From the NCBI GenBank assembly GCA_963702095.1, contig OY969706.1:1888001-1952000 (forward strand): a stretch of 64,000 bases of DNA, given 5' to 3'. Below, piece after piece: positions 9,205 through 20,484 of this stretch. The stretch's first letter is position 1. Every line of letters starts with the position of its first letter. Position numbers and translations under genes: made by a program. Origin of the DNA: Candidatus Bathyarchaeota archaeon (GTDB lineage: Archaea; Thermoproteota; Bathyarchaeia; Bathyarchaeales; Bathycorpusculaceae). The notes beneath the pieces are model-generated. The model did not search any database, was not told the origin of the DNA, and worked only from the letters and a program-made list of their open reading frames with translations.

Positions 9205-10816
9205 TGCGCCTGCTTTTAGGCTTGAATTCTTCTCTGACTTTCATTTCACGGCGTTTTTGGTTGTAGCCTAAGGCGAAGTCGTGGGTTGCGTCTCGGATTT
9301 TTCGTAGCAGAAGCATCATGCGGCTGTTTTTTTCAAACACTTTGGGTGAGGGGTCGTCTGGCCTGTAGATTTCCTCGTGTTCCTTCGCCAATCCAATCAG
9401 GGGAACCATAAGCCCCAGCTTGTCCAACGCAGCTTTAGCTGCGCTGACCTGTCCGGGTCCACCGTCGATCATCACCAAATCTGGCAAGGGATTTTTTTCT
9501 TCAACTTGCCGCGTATAACGCCGGGCCACCACCTCGTTCATAGCTGCGAAGTCGTCTTGCCCCGCAAACGACTTGATTTTGAATTTGCGGTAGTTTTTTT
9601 TGTCAGGCTTCGCATCCTTAAACGCCACCATGCCTGAAACCACGTGTTCAGTGCCCAAGTTGGAGATGTCAAAGCACTCGATTAGGCGCGGCAACACAGG
9701 CAGATTGAGGTTGTTCTGCAAATCCACCAGTGCACTGTCCACTTCAAGGCTGGATTCCAGGTTTTTTTCTGCCAGTTTCAGCAGAGCCAGCTTATCCGCC
9801 TTTCTGGGGATGGTCAATGAGACGGGTGCAAGCCGCTTCGCCGCCAGAAACTCTTCAAGCGCCTTCTTTTCCTGCGGTTCCATCCAAACTGGCTTGTTGA
9901 CCAAGATTTCCCGTGGGATCTGGTTGCTGGTGTAGAAGGCTTTGAGGAATTCCTGCTCGATTTGGGGTTGGACATCTACGGTGAATTCTTTTTTACCCAA
10001 TAGTACGCCTTTGCGGATGCCCATCTGTACTGCATGCAGTTTCTCGCCGACCAATTTGAAAACCATGACGTCTTGGTCAAAGCGGCGTTCGTTATCGACG
10101 ATTTGGCGTTGGGTCAACAGCCGTATGGAATTGATCTGTTTACGCAGCTCCAAGGCTTCCTCAAACCGCTCGTTGGCTGAAGCGTCCTGCATCTGGTCAG
10201 TCAAACTGTCGATGGTCTGTTCGTAGTTGCCGCCTAGAAAAGACCGTGCCTGCTTAACCTGCTGCTCATACTGTTCGGCGGAGACGTTGCCGACGCATGG
10301 TGCGGTGCACATGTGGATGTGGTAGTTGAGGCAGGCGCGTTTGTGCAGGGTTTTGCAGGTGCGGAGTTTGAAGACGCGGACGACTGCGCGTTGGAGGTCT
10401 TGGCGTGTGAAGCCTTCGGTGTAGGGTCCGAAGGATTCGAGTTTGCGGCTAACTTTGCGGCTGGTCAAAACCCTTGGAAACTGTTCCCTTGTAAGCGAGA
10501 TGTAGGCGTAGCTTTTGGCGTCTTTTAAGTCGATGTTGTATTTAGGCGTGTGCCGCTTGATGAGTTTGTTCTCAAGTAGCAGCGCCTCAACCTCATGGTT
10601 AAGGATAATCCAGTCGATGCTCCGAATATGCAAGACAAGTTGGCGGGTTTTGGCAGGTTGATCGCCGCCTGAGAAGTAGCTTTTGACGCGGCTGCGAAGG
10701 TTCTTGGCTTTGCCCACATAGAGGATCTCCCCTGCTTCGTCACGGTAGATGTAGACGCCGGGCTCAGTTGGGATATCGCTGCTTTTGAATTCCGAGGGGT
10801 CGTTTAGGGGAATCAT
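9164..10816 (-). CDS. uvrC: Excinuclease ABC subunit C
   Basis: GIY-YIG domain (PGVYIY...YVGKAKNLRSRV), ECFDISN and IDGGPGQ motifs; C-terminal HhH domain not evident. Confidence 0.96.
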   Translation of the reverse strand: MIPLNDPSEFKSSDIPTEPGVYIYRDEAGEILYVGKAKNLRSRVKSYFSGGDQPAKTRQLVLHIRSIDWIILNHEVEALLLENKLIKRHTPKYNIDLKDAKSYAYISLTREQFPRVLTSRKVSRKLESFGPYTEGFTRQDLQRAVVRVFKLRTCKTLHKRACLNYHIHMCTAPCVGNVSAEQYEQQVKQARSFLGGNYEQTIDSLTDQMQDASANERFEEALELRKQINSIRLLTQRQIVDNERRFDQDVMVFKLVGEKLHAVQMGIRKGVLLGKKEFTVDVQPQIEQEFLKAFYTSNQIPREILVNKPVWMEPQEKKALEEFLAAKRLAPVSLTIPRKADKLALLKLAEKNLESSLEVDSALVDLQNNLNLPVLPRLIECFDISNLGTEHVVSGMVAFKDAKPDKKNYRKFKIKSFAGQDDFAAMNEVVARRYTRQVEEKNPLPDLVMIDGGPGQVSAAKAALDKLGLMVPLIGLAKEHEEIYRPDDPSPKVFEKNSRMMLLLRKIRDATHDFALGYNQKRREMKVREEFKPKSRRTKQAGAQAKSLSQ

Positions 10817-10889
10817 CTGTGTCGCTGAATACTTGACTCATCGTTGGATGCATTAAGCATTTCCCAAAGCCACATAAAATTTGGGGCGT

Positions 10890-11021
10890 GCTTGTTTTTT
10901 CTATAGTTGTTGTTGGCGAAAACCGCCTATACACTACAACAACCAACAGGCGGCTTAGGCGGGTGTGTTATGGCGTCAGGTTGCGTTTTGGGTTGCAGGC
11001 TGGTTGTGGCGGATTCTACAA
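10890..11021 (-). repeat. Dispersed intergenic element, copy A
   Basis: Reverse complement reads GTAGAATCCGCCACAACCAGCCTGCAACCCAAAACGCAA...GTTGTTG-TAGTGTATA-GGCG..CGCC-AA-CAACAAC-TATAGAAAAAA. Confidence 0.6.
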
Positions 11022-11271
11022 AGTTCAATTTGAGGAAGTTGATGCTCCCGTGAGCTTCCCCTCTTGTATGATAGGGCAAACTGTTTTTTTGTCTCTTTTA
11101 TGTCGATTCGGCGATTTTTAGGGTTCCACAAGGCTGCAGCTGGGCGGTTGTTTTTTTGTTTTACAAACGTTTGTTCGGAGAATTTTCCGTTTAATATTAC
11201 TGTATTCGCTAGTGTAGCCACATATTGTTATATTGTCGGAACTCATGGGGTCATGATGGGGTTAAGCAAAG

Positions 11272-13105
11272 ATGGGGTATTCTATTCAATCAAAAGCGGC
11301 TCCAGTGTCTGATTGGGCAAAAGCTGAACCGCTCCCGAAAATCGAGGACCATGCGCTGATTGGAGACATGCACTCCGCGACGCTCATAACCAAAGGAGGC
11401 ACTATCGATTGGCTCTGCCTACCGGCCTTTCGACTCCGACGCATGCTTCGCTGCGCTCTTGGGAACGGCTGAAAATGGGTACTGGCGGATTGCCCCCAGC
11501 GACGTCGCGGCTAAGACTTTGCGCCGGTATCGGAAGGACACGCTGATTTTAGAGACGGATTTCACCACTGAGGCTGGTACCGTCCGCTTGGTCGATTTTA
11601 TGCCACCTTGGGGAGGACGCGATCATTCGGAGATCTGCCGTAGTGTCGAGTGCCTTAATGGAGAAGTCCCGATGCGCTCCGAGTTCACCCCGCGATTTGC
11701 CTTCGGACGCGCAATTCCACGGTTTGATCAACTCGAAGAGGCTACACAGGCTCTGGCTGGACCTGACGCGCTCTACCTATTTGGCGGCCCAACCTCAGGT
11801 GCCCCGGCTGTAGCGACGGACTTTGTACTGTCCAAAGGAGACTTTGTGTCATACGTGCTTGCCGATTCGCGTTCATGGGAGGCTCCTCCACACCCTTCAA
11901 ACTACGCCAGGGCAGAGCGCGAAACAGAAGAGTACTGGAGGTGTTGGTGCTCAAAAATCCAGGCACCCGCCCGATGGCGCGACGAGGTCTATCGATCGCT
12001 AATCACACTCAAGGCGTGTTCCTACGAGCCGACAGGGGGCATTGTTGCTGCCCCGACAACGTCGCTGCCTGAAACTCCTGGTGGCGAACGCAACTGGGAC
12101 TACCGTTTCTGCTGGCTCCGTGACGCGGTACTTACGGTTAACGCGCTTACGCGCTCTGGACTTGGGGATGAGGCACTTTCTTTCGTCCGTTGGGTCCTGC
12201 GCGCCGTTGCCGGTGACCCTTCTCAGGTACAGATAATGTATGGCATCCGTGGCGAGCGTCGGCTCTCAGAGGTCGAGCTTGGGTGGCTTCCTGGTTACGG
12301 CGACGCAAAGCCCGTGCGGATTGGCAATGCTGCTTACGAGCAATTTCAGCTCGATGTTCTTGGGGAAGTCTCCGCCGTAGTCTATGAGGTAAGCAAGCGG
12401 CGTGGCATTCTCGGCCCCGATGCGGAGCGTGCGCTTTTTAATATTGCTCGCTACGTTTCAAACGCTTGGCGGCGACCAGACCGCGGCATCTGGGAGATGC
12501 GTGGACCTGAGCGAGCATTCACCGCGTCCAAGGTGTCAGCTTGGACATCGCTCGATAGGGCAATCCGGTACGTCGAGGAACATGGGCTACCCCAGCCTAT
12601 AGATGATCTTCGCGCCGCACGAAAAGAAATATTCGAAGAGGTTTGCCGCGAAGGATTCGATAAGGAGCGCAATACCTTCACACAGTACTATGGAGGTAAG
12701 GGGCTTGACGCCAGCCTTTTGTTCATCCCTATTTCCGGCTTCCTGCCGCCTAATGACCCACGGGTTCTGGGAACGGTCGCTGCAATCGAGCGCGAACTCC
12801 TCCAGGACGGGTTGGTATTGCGATTCAAGCCCGAGGGGGAGGTTGATGGACTCTCCGGCGACGAAGGGGTCTTCCTTGCCTGCTCGTTCTGGCTGGCGGA
12901 TGTTTACCATATGCAGGGGAGGGAGGAGGACGCCCATAGGCTGTTTGAACGGGTTCTTTCGCTGGCCAATGACGTTGGGCTACTCGCTGAGGAATATGAC
13001 CCAAAGGAAAAGCGGCAGCTTGGCAACTTCCCGCAGGCGTTCAGCCACTTCCCGCTGATCAACACGGCTTACCTGCTCTCGCAGGAGAAGCCAGCACCCC
13101 CCTGA
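11272..13105 (+). pseudogene. Glycoside hydrolase family 15 (glucoamylase/trehalase-like), split by a single frameshift near 11425-11430 (may be an assembly error)
   Basis: The N-terminal ORF (IEDHALIGDMHSATL...IDWLCLP) continues in another frame as FDSDACFAALLG into the 548-aa ORF carrying AAPTTSLPE, NWDYRFCWLRD, GIWEMRG and GNFPQAFSH. Confidence 0.88.
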
Positions 13106-13232
13106 AAGCGCCCAATGTAGGGCTTGAGAAGAAAATGCGAGGGCTCTGACGGTCGCGCGGTCAGTGTTCATTGATAGATATCGGGTTAAATGGAGATATT
13201 GCAGCTTAGTTCTTCTGGACCATTGATTGGGA

Positions 13233-16136
13233 TCATGATGGCTGTGTCACTGTCAAGGGTGCTTCTTGGGCTTTGCCTTTAAGTATCTTCTCCAAAAAAT
13301 GCCCAGTATAGCTGTGCCCAACTTTTGCGACTTCCTCAGGTGTACCCTGTGCTAGGAGTTCGCCGCCTGCTGCGCCGCCTTCAGGTCCTAAGTCGATGAG
13401 GTAGTCGCAGCTTTTGATGACGTCGAGGTTGTGTTCGATGATGTAGACTGTGTTGCCGTTGTCTACGAGGCGGTTGAGGACGCGGATGAGGCGTTTGGTG
13501 TCGTCGAAGTGCAGCCCGGTTGTGGGTTCGTCGAGCATGTAGATGACGTGCCCGGTTTTGTGTTTGCTGAGTTCTCGGGTGATTTTGATGCGTTGGCTTT
13601 CACCGCCTGAGAGCTGAGTGGAGCTCTGCCCCAGTTTGATGTAACCCAAGCCCACGTCGAGCAGAGTCTGCAGTTTACGGAAAACCCTCGGCGTGTTCTC
13701 GAAGAATTTGGCTGCCTCCTCCACAGTCATATCCAGCACCTCCGCGATGTTTTTGCTCTTGTACTGGATGTCGAGGGTTTCTTTGTTGTAGCGTTTGCCC
13801 TTGCATTCGCTGCATTGGACGTAGACGTCGGGGAGGAAGTTCATTTCTATGCGGATGACGCCGTCGCCTTGGCAGTTTTCGCATCTGCCGCCTTTGACGT
13901 TGAAGCTGAAGCGGCCTTCTTTGTAGCCTCGGGCTTTGGCTTCTTTGGTGGAAGCAAAAATCCTGCGGATTTTATCGAAGAGTTTGGTGTATGTGGCGGG
14001 GTTGCTGCGGGGTGTTCTGCCGATGGGGTCTTGGTCGATGACTATGACATTGCGGACGACTTCTGGTACGTCTAAGCCTTCGTGTTTGCCGACTTTGTCT
14101 ACTTGTTCGCCGAACATTTGGCACAATGCGGGGATGACTGTGAGGTTCATAAGTGTGCTTTTGCCTGAGCCTGAGACGCCTGTGACTCCGCAGAGGACGC
14201 CTAGGGGCAACTGTAGGCTGAGGTTTTTGAGGTTGTTCTCCTTGGCACCCTTAACGGTGATGTAATCGACGGGTTTTCGTCTCTCTGTAGGCACCTCGAT
14301 TTTGAGGTCGCCTGAAAGGTACTTGCCCGTGAGGCTTCGCTGGTTCGCCATGACTTCTTGGGGTGTTCCTTCGGCGACTATGTGGCCGCCATGCACTCCT
14401 GCGCCGGGTCCCATGTCCACAATGTAGTCGGCATGGCGCATCGTGTCCTCGTCGTGTTCCACCACGATTAGGGTGTTGCCTAAGTCGCGGAGTCGTTGCA
14501 GGGTGCTCAGCAGCTTGGCGTTGTCGCGTTGGTGCAAGCCGATGCTGGGTTCGTCGAGGATGTAGAGGACGCCCATGAGGTTGCTGCCTATCTGCGTGGC
14601 TAAACGGATGCGTTGGGCTTCTCCGCCAGAGAGCGTCTTTGCCGCGCGGGACAGGGAAAGGTAGCCTAACCCCACGTTTTTGAGGAAGCCCAATCTTTCG
14701 TTGATTTCTTTTAGCACCTGCTTAGCGATGGAGAGGTCTTTTTCATTGAGTTTGGGCGGCAGGTCATGGAAGAAATCTACTGACTCCTCAATCGACAAAT
14801 CCGTCACATCAATGATGCTTTTATCGAGAATCTCCACTGCCAACACCACGGGCTGGAGTTTTTTGCCGTTGCAGCCGTTGCAGGGGCGGGCAGTCATGAA
14901 TTTTTCTATGTCTTCTTTGCGCCATTCGCTCTCCGTTTGGCGGTAGAGCCGCATGGTTTGGTGGATGACGCCTTCCCAGCCGTCACGCATCCACATGTTT
15001 GCGCCGTTGGACCAGTTACCCACGATGGGTTCGCGGTCGCCGTAGAGCAGCACCTGCAACTGCGCCTCAGTAAAGTCCTTGAGGGGGGTAAACACGTCGA
15101 AACCATGCTTCTTGCCCACTATCGCCAACTGCTGGGCTCGCCAACTGAGGTCCATGGTGCCCTTGTAAACTGCCAACCCCCCATCCATAATGGAGAGGTT
15201 TTTGTCGGGGATGACTTTGTCAGGGGTGACTTCGGTGATTTCTCCCAAACCGTGGCAGACTGGGCATGCGCCAAACGGAGAGTTAAAGCTAAACATGCGG
15301 GGTTCAAGGCTTTCGAAGACGATTTCGGGGTGGTTTGGGCAAGCGCCAAAAGTGCTGTACATGGTTTCGCCTTCGAAGCGTTCCAGCTCTTTTTTCTTGC
15401 TTGCATCATCATCCGATGCATCAATAACAATCATCGTTCCCTTGCCAGTTTTTAGGGCCCCTTCGACGGCTTCGGCGACGCGGGAGCGTTCCTCATCTAC
15501 GATGGCGACTGTGTCTATGACAGCTTCAATCCAGTGCTTCTCATAGCGAACCAGCTTAACCTCTTCTTTGATGTTGTCGGCTTCGTAGATTTTTTGGTCA
15601 ACACGGATTTTTGTGTAGCCCTCTTTTTTGAGGTCATCGAAAACCTGTTCATGGGTGCCTTTCATGCCTCGGATAATCGGAGCTAAGAACACGAGGACTT
15701 TGTCTTTCTCTGCCATGATGAGGCTGGTGATGTTTTCGGGGCTTTGGGGGTGGATGCTGCTGCCGCATTTGGGGCAGTGGTGGGTGCCGATGCGGGCATA
15801 AAGCAGGCGGAGGTAATCGTAGATTTCGGTGACTGTGCCTACGGTGCTGCGGGGGTTTTTGCTGGTGCTCTTCTGCTCGATGCTAATGGCGGGGGATAAG
15901 CCGTCGATGCTGTCAACGTCGGGTTTGTCCATTAACCCCAGAAATTGGCGGGCATAGGCGGATAAGCTTTCGACATAGCGGCGTTGTCCCTCGGCGTAGA
16001 TTGTGTCAAACGCCAACGTGGATTTGCCTGAGCCTGAGAGCCCAGTTATAACTATCAATTTGTTGCGGGGCAACTCTAAATCTATGTTTTTTAAGTTGTG
16101 CTCCCGTGCACCCTTAATGGAAATGTTATCACGCAT
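13233..16136 (-). CDS. uvrA: Excinuclease ABC subunit A
   Basis: Two ABC modules (GLSGSGKS, GVSGSGKS, LSGGE) and zinc fingers; 967 aa. Confidence 0.98.
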   Translation of the reverse strand: MRDNISIKGAREHNLKNIDLELPRNKLIVITGLSGSGKSTLAFDTIYAEGQRRYVESLSAYARQFLGLMDKPDVDSIDGLSPAISIEQKSTSKNPRSTVGTVTEIYDYLRLLYARIGTHHCPKCGSSIHPQSPENITSLIMAEKDKVLVFLAPIIRGMKGTHEQVFDDLKKEGYTKIRVDQKIYEADNIKEEVKLVRYEKHWIEAVIDTVAIVDEERSRVAEAVEGALKTGKGTMIVIDASDDDASKKKELERFEGETMYSTFGACPNHPEIVFESLEPRMFSFNSPFGACPVCHGLGEITEVTPDKVIPDKNLSIMDGGLAVYKGTMDLSWRAQQLAIVGKKHGFDVFTPLKDFTEAQLQVLLYGDREPIVGNWSNGANMWMRDGWEGVIHQTMRLYRQTESEWRKEDIEKFMTARPCNGCNGKKLQPVVLAVEILDKSIIDVTDLSIEESVDFFHDLPPKLNEKDLSIAKQVLKEINERLGFLKNVGLGYLSLSRAAKTLSGGEAQRIRLATQIGSNLMGVLYILDEPSIGLHQRDNAKLLSTLQRLRDLGNTLIVVEHDEDTMRHADYIVDMGPGAGVHGGHIVAEGTPQEVMANQRSLTGKYLSGDLKIEVPTERRKPVDYITVKGAKENNLKNLSLQLPLGVLCGVTGVSGSGKSTLMNLTVIPALCQMFGEQVDKVGKHEGLDVPEVVRNVIVIDQDPIGRTPRSNPATYTKLFDKIRRIFASTKEAKARGYKEGRFSFNVKGGRCENCQGDGVIRIEMNFLPDVYVQCSECKGKRYNKETLDIQYKSKNIAEVLDMTVEEAAKFFENTPRVFRKLQTLLDVGLGYIKLGQSSTQLSGGESQRIKITRELSKHKTGHVIYMLDEPTTGLHFDDTKRLIRVLNRLVDNGNTVYIIEHNLDVIKSCDYLIDLGPEGGAAGGELLAQGTPEEVAKVGHSYTGHFLEKILKGKAQEAPLTVTQPS

Positions 16137-16221
16137 TACTCTAACCAGTTCCCTTCTCAGTTATGTGGCAGGTTCTAGCTTCTTTTAACCCCTAAGATTA
16201 GAACCTTATTGCATCAAACCC

Positions 16222-18180
16222 CTAAATTTCGGGTTTAACCGCCGCGTTTTCCATCTTGTGAGCCAACGCCTTGCGCAACTCAGCAATCGCATCGCGGATT
16301 TCAATGGCTTTCTCGAACTCCAATTTCTCCGCTGCCTCACGCATCTTCGCGTCTAACTCGACAATTTGGCGTTGGATGTCGGATTTGGCGAGGTGTTTGG
16401 TGCCTTTGATGGTGCTTTCTTTTATGGTGACGGCTTTGACGATTGTTGCCGGCGTTATTCCATGTTGCTGGTTGTAGCGTTTCTGTACGTTTCGGCGGTA
16501 ATAGGTAAGTTCCATGGCGCGTTTGATGCTTTGGGTTTGGACGTCGGCGTATAGGTGGACTTTGCCGTTGACGTTGCGGGCTGCTCTGCCGATGGTTTGG
16601 ATGAGACTGCGTTCGTCGCGGAGAAAGCCTTCTTTGTCGGCGTCTAAGATGAATATGGTGGCAACTTCAGGAATGTCTAAGCCTTCGCGGAGTAGGTTGA
16701 TGCCGACGAGGATGTCGTATTCGCCTACACGGAGCTGCCGCACCAGTTCAATGCGGTCGAGGCTCTCTATGTCGCTGTGCAGGTATCGGACGCGGAAGCC
16801 CTCTTTAACAAGGTAATCGGTCAAATCCTCAGCCATCCGCTTGGTTAAGGTGGTGACGAGTACGCGGTCGCCCCGCTCAATCGTCTTCTTCGCCTCACCC
16901 ATGAGATGCCGCATCTGCCCCTCGATAGGGTGCATCTCCACTTCAGGATCCAAAAGTCCCGTTGGTCGCGTAATCAATTCGACGGGGGGCCCGCTCTTTT
17001 CCAGTTCATACTCAGCGGGGGTTGCTGAGGTAAAAAGGACTCGCCCCATTTTCCTTTCAAATTCCTCGAATTTTAAGGGGCGATTGTCGAGTGCACTGGG
17101 AAGGCGGAAACCGAAGTCGACTAGGTTTTTTTTGCGGCTGTAGTCGCCGTTGTACATGCCTCTTGCTTGGGGGATGGTTTGGTGGCTTTCATCGATTATG
17201 AGTAAGTAGTCTTTGGGGAAGTAGTCGATGAGTGTAAAGGGGGGTGCGCCGGGTCGGCGTCCGTCGAAGTGGCGGCTGTAGTTTTCCATGCCTGCGCAGA
17301 AGCCGATTTCACGGATCATCTCTAAATCGTAGTTTGTGCGTTGTTTCAGCCGCTGTGCTTCAAGGGGCGGAAGCACTTTTAGGCGTTGTTCAAGCTCCTG
17401 CTCGATATGCTCCAGTGCCAATGCATGTTTCTCTTCGGGGACGACGTATTGGCGGGCGGGGTAAAGGGTAAGTTGGTCGAGGCTGTTCTGCACGTTACCA
17501 GTGATGCGGTGCACCTCCTTAATTTTGGAGACGATGTTGCCCGTTATTTCGACTCGGAGGATGTCATTCTCGTAAGATGGCACTACGTCGACTGTGTCGC
17601 CTCGGACGCGGAACCTGCCGGGTTCCAACACCTGGTCGTTGCGTTCATACTGCATGTCCACCAAGGAGTGGATAAGCTGTGTTCGGCTCATGTGGCCGCC
17701 CACTTCGAGTTTGATGGCCATTGTGCGGAAGTCGTCAGGGTTTCCTAAGCTGTAAATGCAGCTAATCGAAGCTACGATGATGGTGTCGTTGCGGCTCACG
17801 ATGCTCGACACGGCGTGCATGCGCATCTTTTCGATTTCGTCGTTGACTGTGCTGTCTTTTTCGATGTACATGTCCTGTGCTGGCAGGTAGGATTCGGGTT
17901 GGTAGTAATCGTAAAATGATATGAAGAATTCAACTCGGTTATGGGGGAAAAGCTCTTTGAGTTCACCGTAGAGTTGGGCTGCGAGTGTTTTGTTGTGTGC
18001 CAAAATCAACGTGGGCTTCTGCAGTTTGCTGATCACGTTTGCCATTACATAGGTTTTGCCGCTGCCCGTTATGCCTAAAAGCGTCTGCTTGTCTTTGCCC
18101 CCATAATTGTGGACTAGCTGCTCAACGGCGGCTTCTTGTCCAGGCGAAATTTTGTATGGCGAAACAAGCTCGAACTGCAC
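16222..18180 (-). CDS. uvrB: Excinuclease ABC subunit B
   Basis: GITGSGKT, YDYYQPE, DESH, LREGLDIPEV and C-terminal UVR domain. Confidence 0.98.
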   Translation of the reverse strand: MQFELVSPYKISPGQEAAVEQLVHNYGGKDKQTLLGITGSGKTYVMANVISKLQKPTLILAHNKTLAAQLYGELKELFPHNRVEFFISFYDYYQPESYLPAQDMYIEKDSTVNDEIEKMRMHAVSSIVSRNDTIIVASISCIYSLGNPDDFRTMAIKLEVGGHMSRTQLIHSLVDMQYERNDQVLEPGRFRVRGDTVDVVPSYENDILRVEITGNIVSKIKEVHRITGNVQNSLDQLTLYPARQYVVPEEKHALALEHIEQELEQRLKVLPPLEAQRLKQRTNYDLEMIREIGFCAGMENYSRHFDGRRPGAPPFTLIDYFPKDYLLIIDESHQTIPQARGMYNGDYSRKKNLVDFGFRLPSALDNRPLKFEEFERKMGRVLFTSATPAEYELEKSGPPVELITRPTGLLDPEVEMHPIEGQMRHLMGEAKKTIERGDRVLVTTLTKRMAEDLTDYLVKEGFRVRYLHSDIESLDRIELVRQLRVGEYDILVGINLLREGLDIPEVATIFILDADKEGFLRDERSLIQTIGRAARNVNGKVHLYADVQTQSIKRAMELTYYRRNVQKRYNQQHGITPATIVKAVTIKESTIKGTKHLAKSDIQRQIVELDAKMREAAEKLEFEKAIEIRDAIAELRKALAHKMENAAVKPEI

Positions 18181-18345
18181 TCTACTCTACTTCCCACAAA
18201 CGACAGATTCACCCAATCAATTGGATTAATAAGTTTTTGCACCAAACAACGCAAATTCAGGCGCAGTTGATATTGTGCAGAAAAGGTTCGCAGAAACATA
18301 GCAAGTGACGGGTAAGTTACGCCTTTATTTAAATCCATGGTTATG

Positions 18346-18374
18346 TGAAACGCTCGTTCCAAAATAGTCCTTAA
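18346..18374 (+). promoter_or_regulatory. Palindromic operator TGAAACG-CT-CGTTCCA followed 8 nt later by CTTAA (TATA-like)
   Basis: Same motif and spacing recur at 20485-20513. Confidence 0.65.
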
Positions 18375-18406
18375 CTACCAGTAAGCCCCTACTACAGTGA
18401 TGACCG

Positions 18407-19456
18407 ATGATTAACACTAAAACTGCCGCTTTAGCATTGATTCTCTTAGCGATAATTGCGTTTCCGGTAGTTTTGACTTTTGCAAATGCTCAAACAAACC
18501 AAAGCGTAGAAGAAAACCTTGTTGCAATGGCTCAAGGGGCAGGTAACCAAGTTCAAACGTTAATAACAAAAATTTATACCGACCCAAATGCAACCCAAAA
18601 AATAGAAAACGCCAACCTTATGGACCAATTTGAGGGCAACGCCACACTATATCAAGCGGAAGGTTTAGCTAAACTTTCAAATGCTCAAGAAGCCCTCGCA
18701 AACTCACAATACAATTCTGCTTCAGATTCGGCGCTGCAAGCCCTTGATATTTTTAGAAGCTCCTACAGTTCCATAGAGGTTATTCTTGAAGCAGCAGGCA
18801 TACCTATTGACACTTCAATAAGTAACCAAGAACTAATTGATGCTATAGAAAGGGAGCTACAACGGGTCGAAACCCTCAAAGAAATCCTGCCCTCAAACAC
18901 CTCCAAAGATACTTTTGACTTATTAGATAATGCCAAGGAAAAACTGCTCGAAGCCAAAACATCGACGCTCAAAGGAGAAACCGACACTGCCCAAGCACAG
19001 TTTGTTGAAGCCAAACAATTCATAACACAAATCTACCAGTACCTCAAAACAGAAGCACAGCAATCAAACACTTGGCGCCTCAACGAGTACTGCCAAAAAC
19101 TCCAACAGCAAATTCAAGAACGCTTCTCGTACGGAAAACAAAACGGCATCGACTTCACAGCAGCCTTAGCCGCTAAAGGATACCAAAGTGAAACCCAATT
19201 CATGCAAGCGATACAAGCCAAAATACAGAACGCGCAAAGTCAGGGGGGCATCCAAAATGCAATTCAAGAGTGCGAATTGATCAACCAAATGGTTCAGCAG
19301 ATGCAGCAGTCACTTAATCAGGAAATCAACAGCCAACAGCAAAACCAAGGCGGCACCAGCGGAGGCGGAGTTGGCGGAGACGGAAACAGCAGCAACAGCA
19401 CAGCTCTAGGCGGTAACAATAGCAACGGTAACGGAACCAAAGGCGGAAACAGATAA
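18407..19456 (+). CDS. Secreted helical, Gln-rich hypothetical protein with Gly/Asn-rich tail
   Basis: 349 aa, N-terminal signal peptide, low-complexity C-terminus. Confidence 0.75.
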   Translation: MINTKTAALALILLAIIAFPVVLTFANAQTNQSVEENLVAMAQGAGNQVQTLITKIYTDPNATQKIENANLMDQFEGNATLYQAEGLAKLSNAQEALANSQYNSASDSALQALDIFRSSYSSIEVILEAAGIPIDTSISNQELIDAIERELQRVETLKEILPSNTSKDTFDLLDNAKEKLLEAKTSTLKGETDTAQAQFVEAKQFITQIYQYLKTEAQQSNTWRLNEYCQKLQQQIQERFSYGKQNGIDFTAALAAKGYQSETQFMQAIQAKIQNAQSQGGIQNAIQECELINQMVQQMQQSLNQEINSQQQNQGGTSGGGVGGDGNSSNSTALGGNNSNGNGTKGGNR

Positions 19457-19464
19457 CAACTTTG

Positions 19465-20355
19465 CTACTTCTTTAATATGACTTGGTTTTCAAGGCCAAC
19501 TTTCTTTACTTCAACTAGCTCAAGTTTTTCAAGTCGCTTTACTAGTCGCCAAAGGCTCGTGCGGGGCATGTCTGGGAATCTTTGCCTGATCTCCGCCTCG
19601 AATGCACGGCCTTCTTTTTCATCGAGGAATTGAAGCACCTCTTTGTCTTCCTTCATTAACTGGGGGTTTTCGTTGAAGGCTTTCTTTATGTTAAAACGCC
19701 GTTTTCTTTTAACAACAAACAATGAAACGCTAAGAACAACGGCAAGTAACGCACAGCCCAAAGTGATTATCAGGTACTCTAAAGGTACTGTAGAGCTGCT
19801 TTGTATTGGCGTTTGGTTGTTTTGGTCCTGAGTTACCAATTGCAGTAGATAGCTGATTTCCCATTGACCAGAATTTAGATGCAGATTTACCTCGTTGTTG
19901 ATTGTTTCGATGGCGGCTGGTGCATCGCTCAGGTAGATGACTGATGAGTTCACGGGGAAAACAACTGTAAGGTCATAGGGGTTGTCCACACAGAGGGTCC
20001 AGACTTCGTTTGCTTTACTCGTTAAAGTGTTAGTGTCATATTCTACTTGGGCTTTGGAGGCGCCAAACGAGTAAATTAGTAAAGTTTCGGCGTTGACTTC
20101 ATAATCTACCGCTAACTGCTCCTCATCAAGAATAACCAAGTTTTCAACGTCAGAAGAAAGCAAGGTGCACTGAGCTTGCGGTGCATTGCTGTCTAAGGTT
20201 AAGGTTTGTTCTACGTGAACTAAGCCGTCTCGGTAAACTCTAACATATGTTGAGTCTACACTGGTTACTGATTGCGCGGCTGCAGCAAATAGTACAATTA
20301 CTGCCAATGAAACGGCAACCAGTGTTAGCCACCAGCTTGCGCTGTGTTGTCTCAT
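19465..20355 (-). CDS. Membrane-anchored transcriptional regulator (signal peptide, extracellular beta domain, TM helix, cytoplasmic winged HTH)
   Basis: Hydrophobic N-terminus; TM ending in KRKRR; C-terminal EDKEVLQFLDEKEGRAFEAEIRQRFPDMPRTSLWRLVKRLEKLELVEVKK wHTH. Confidence 0.8.
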   Translation of the reverse strand: MRQHSASWWLTLVAVSLAVIVLFAAAAQSVTSVDSTYVRVYRDGLVHVEQTLTLDSNAPQAQCTLLSSDVENLVILDEEQLAVDYEVNAETLLIYSFGASKAQVEYDTNTLTSKANEVWTLCVDNPYDLTVVFPVNSSVIYLSDAPAAIETINNEVNLHLNSGQWEISYLLQLVTQDQNNQTPIQSSSTVPLEYLIITLGCALLAVVLSVSLFVVKRKRRFNIKKAFNENPQLMKEDKEVLQFLDEKEGRAFEAEIRQRFPDMPRTSLWRLVKRLEKLELVEVKKVGLENQVILKK

Positions 20356-20484
20356 CAGATATCACTATAGAGTCTATGTTTCCTAAAATAAGTTTTATGT
20401 ATACAAAATTAACCCTGAACAGCCTGCCATGGCTCTAAACCGGTACTTGAAGCTAACTGTCGGCGATTTTTTGCGTTTCAAGTT

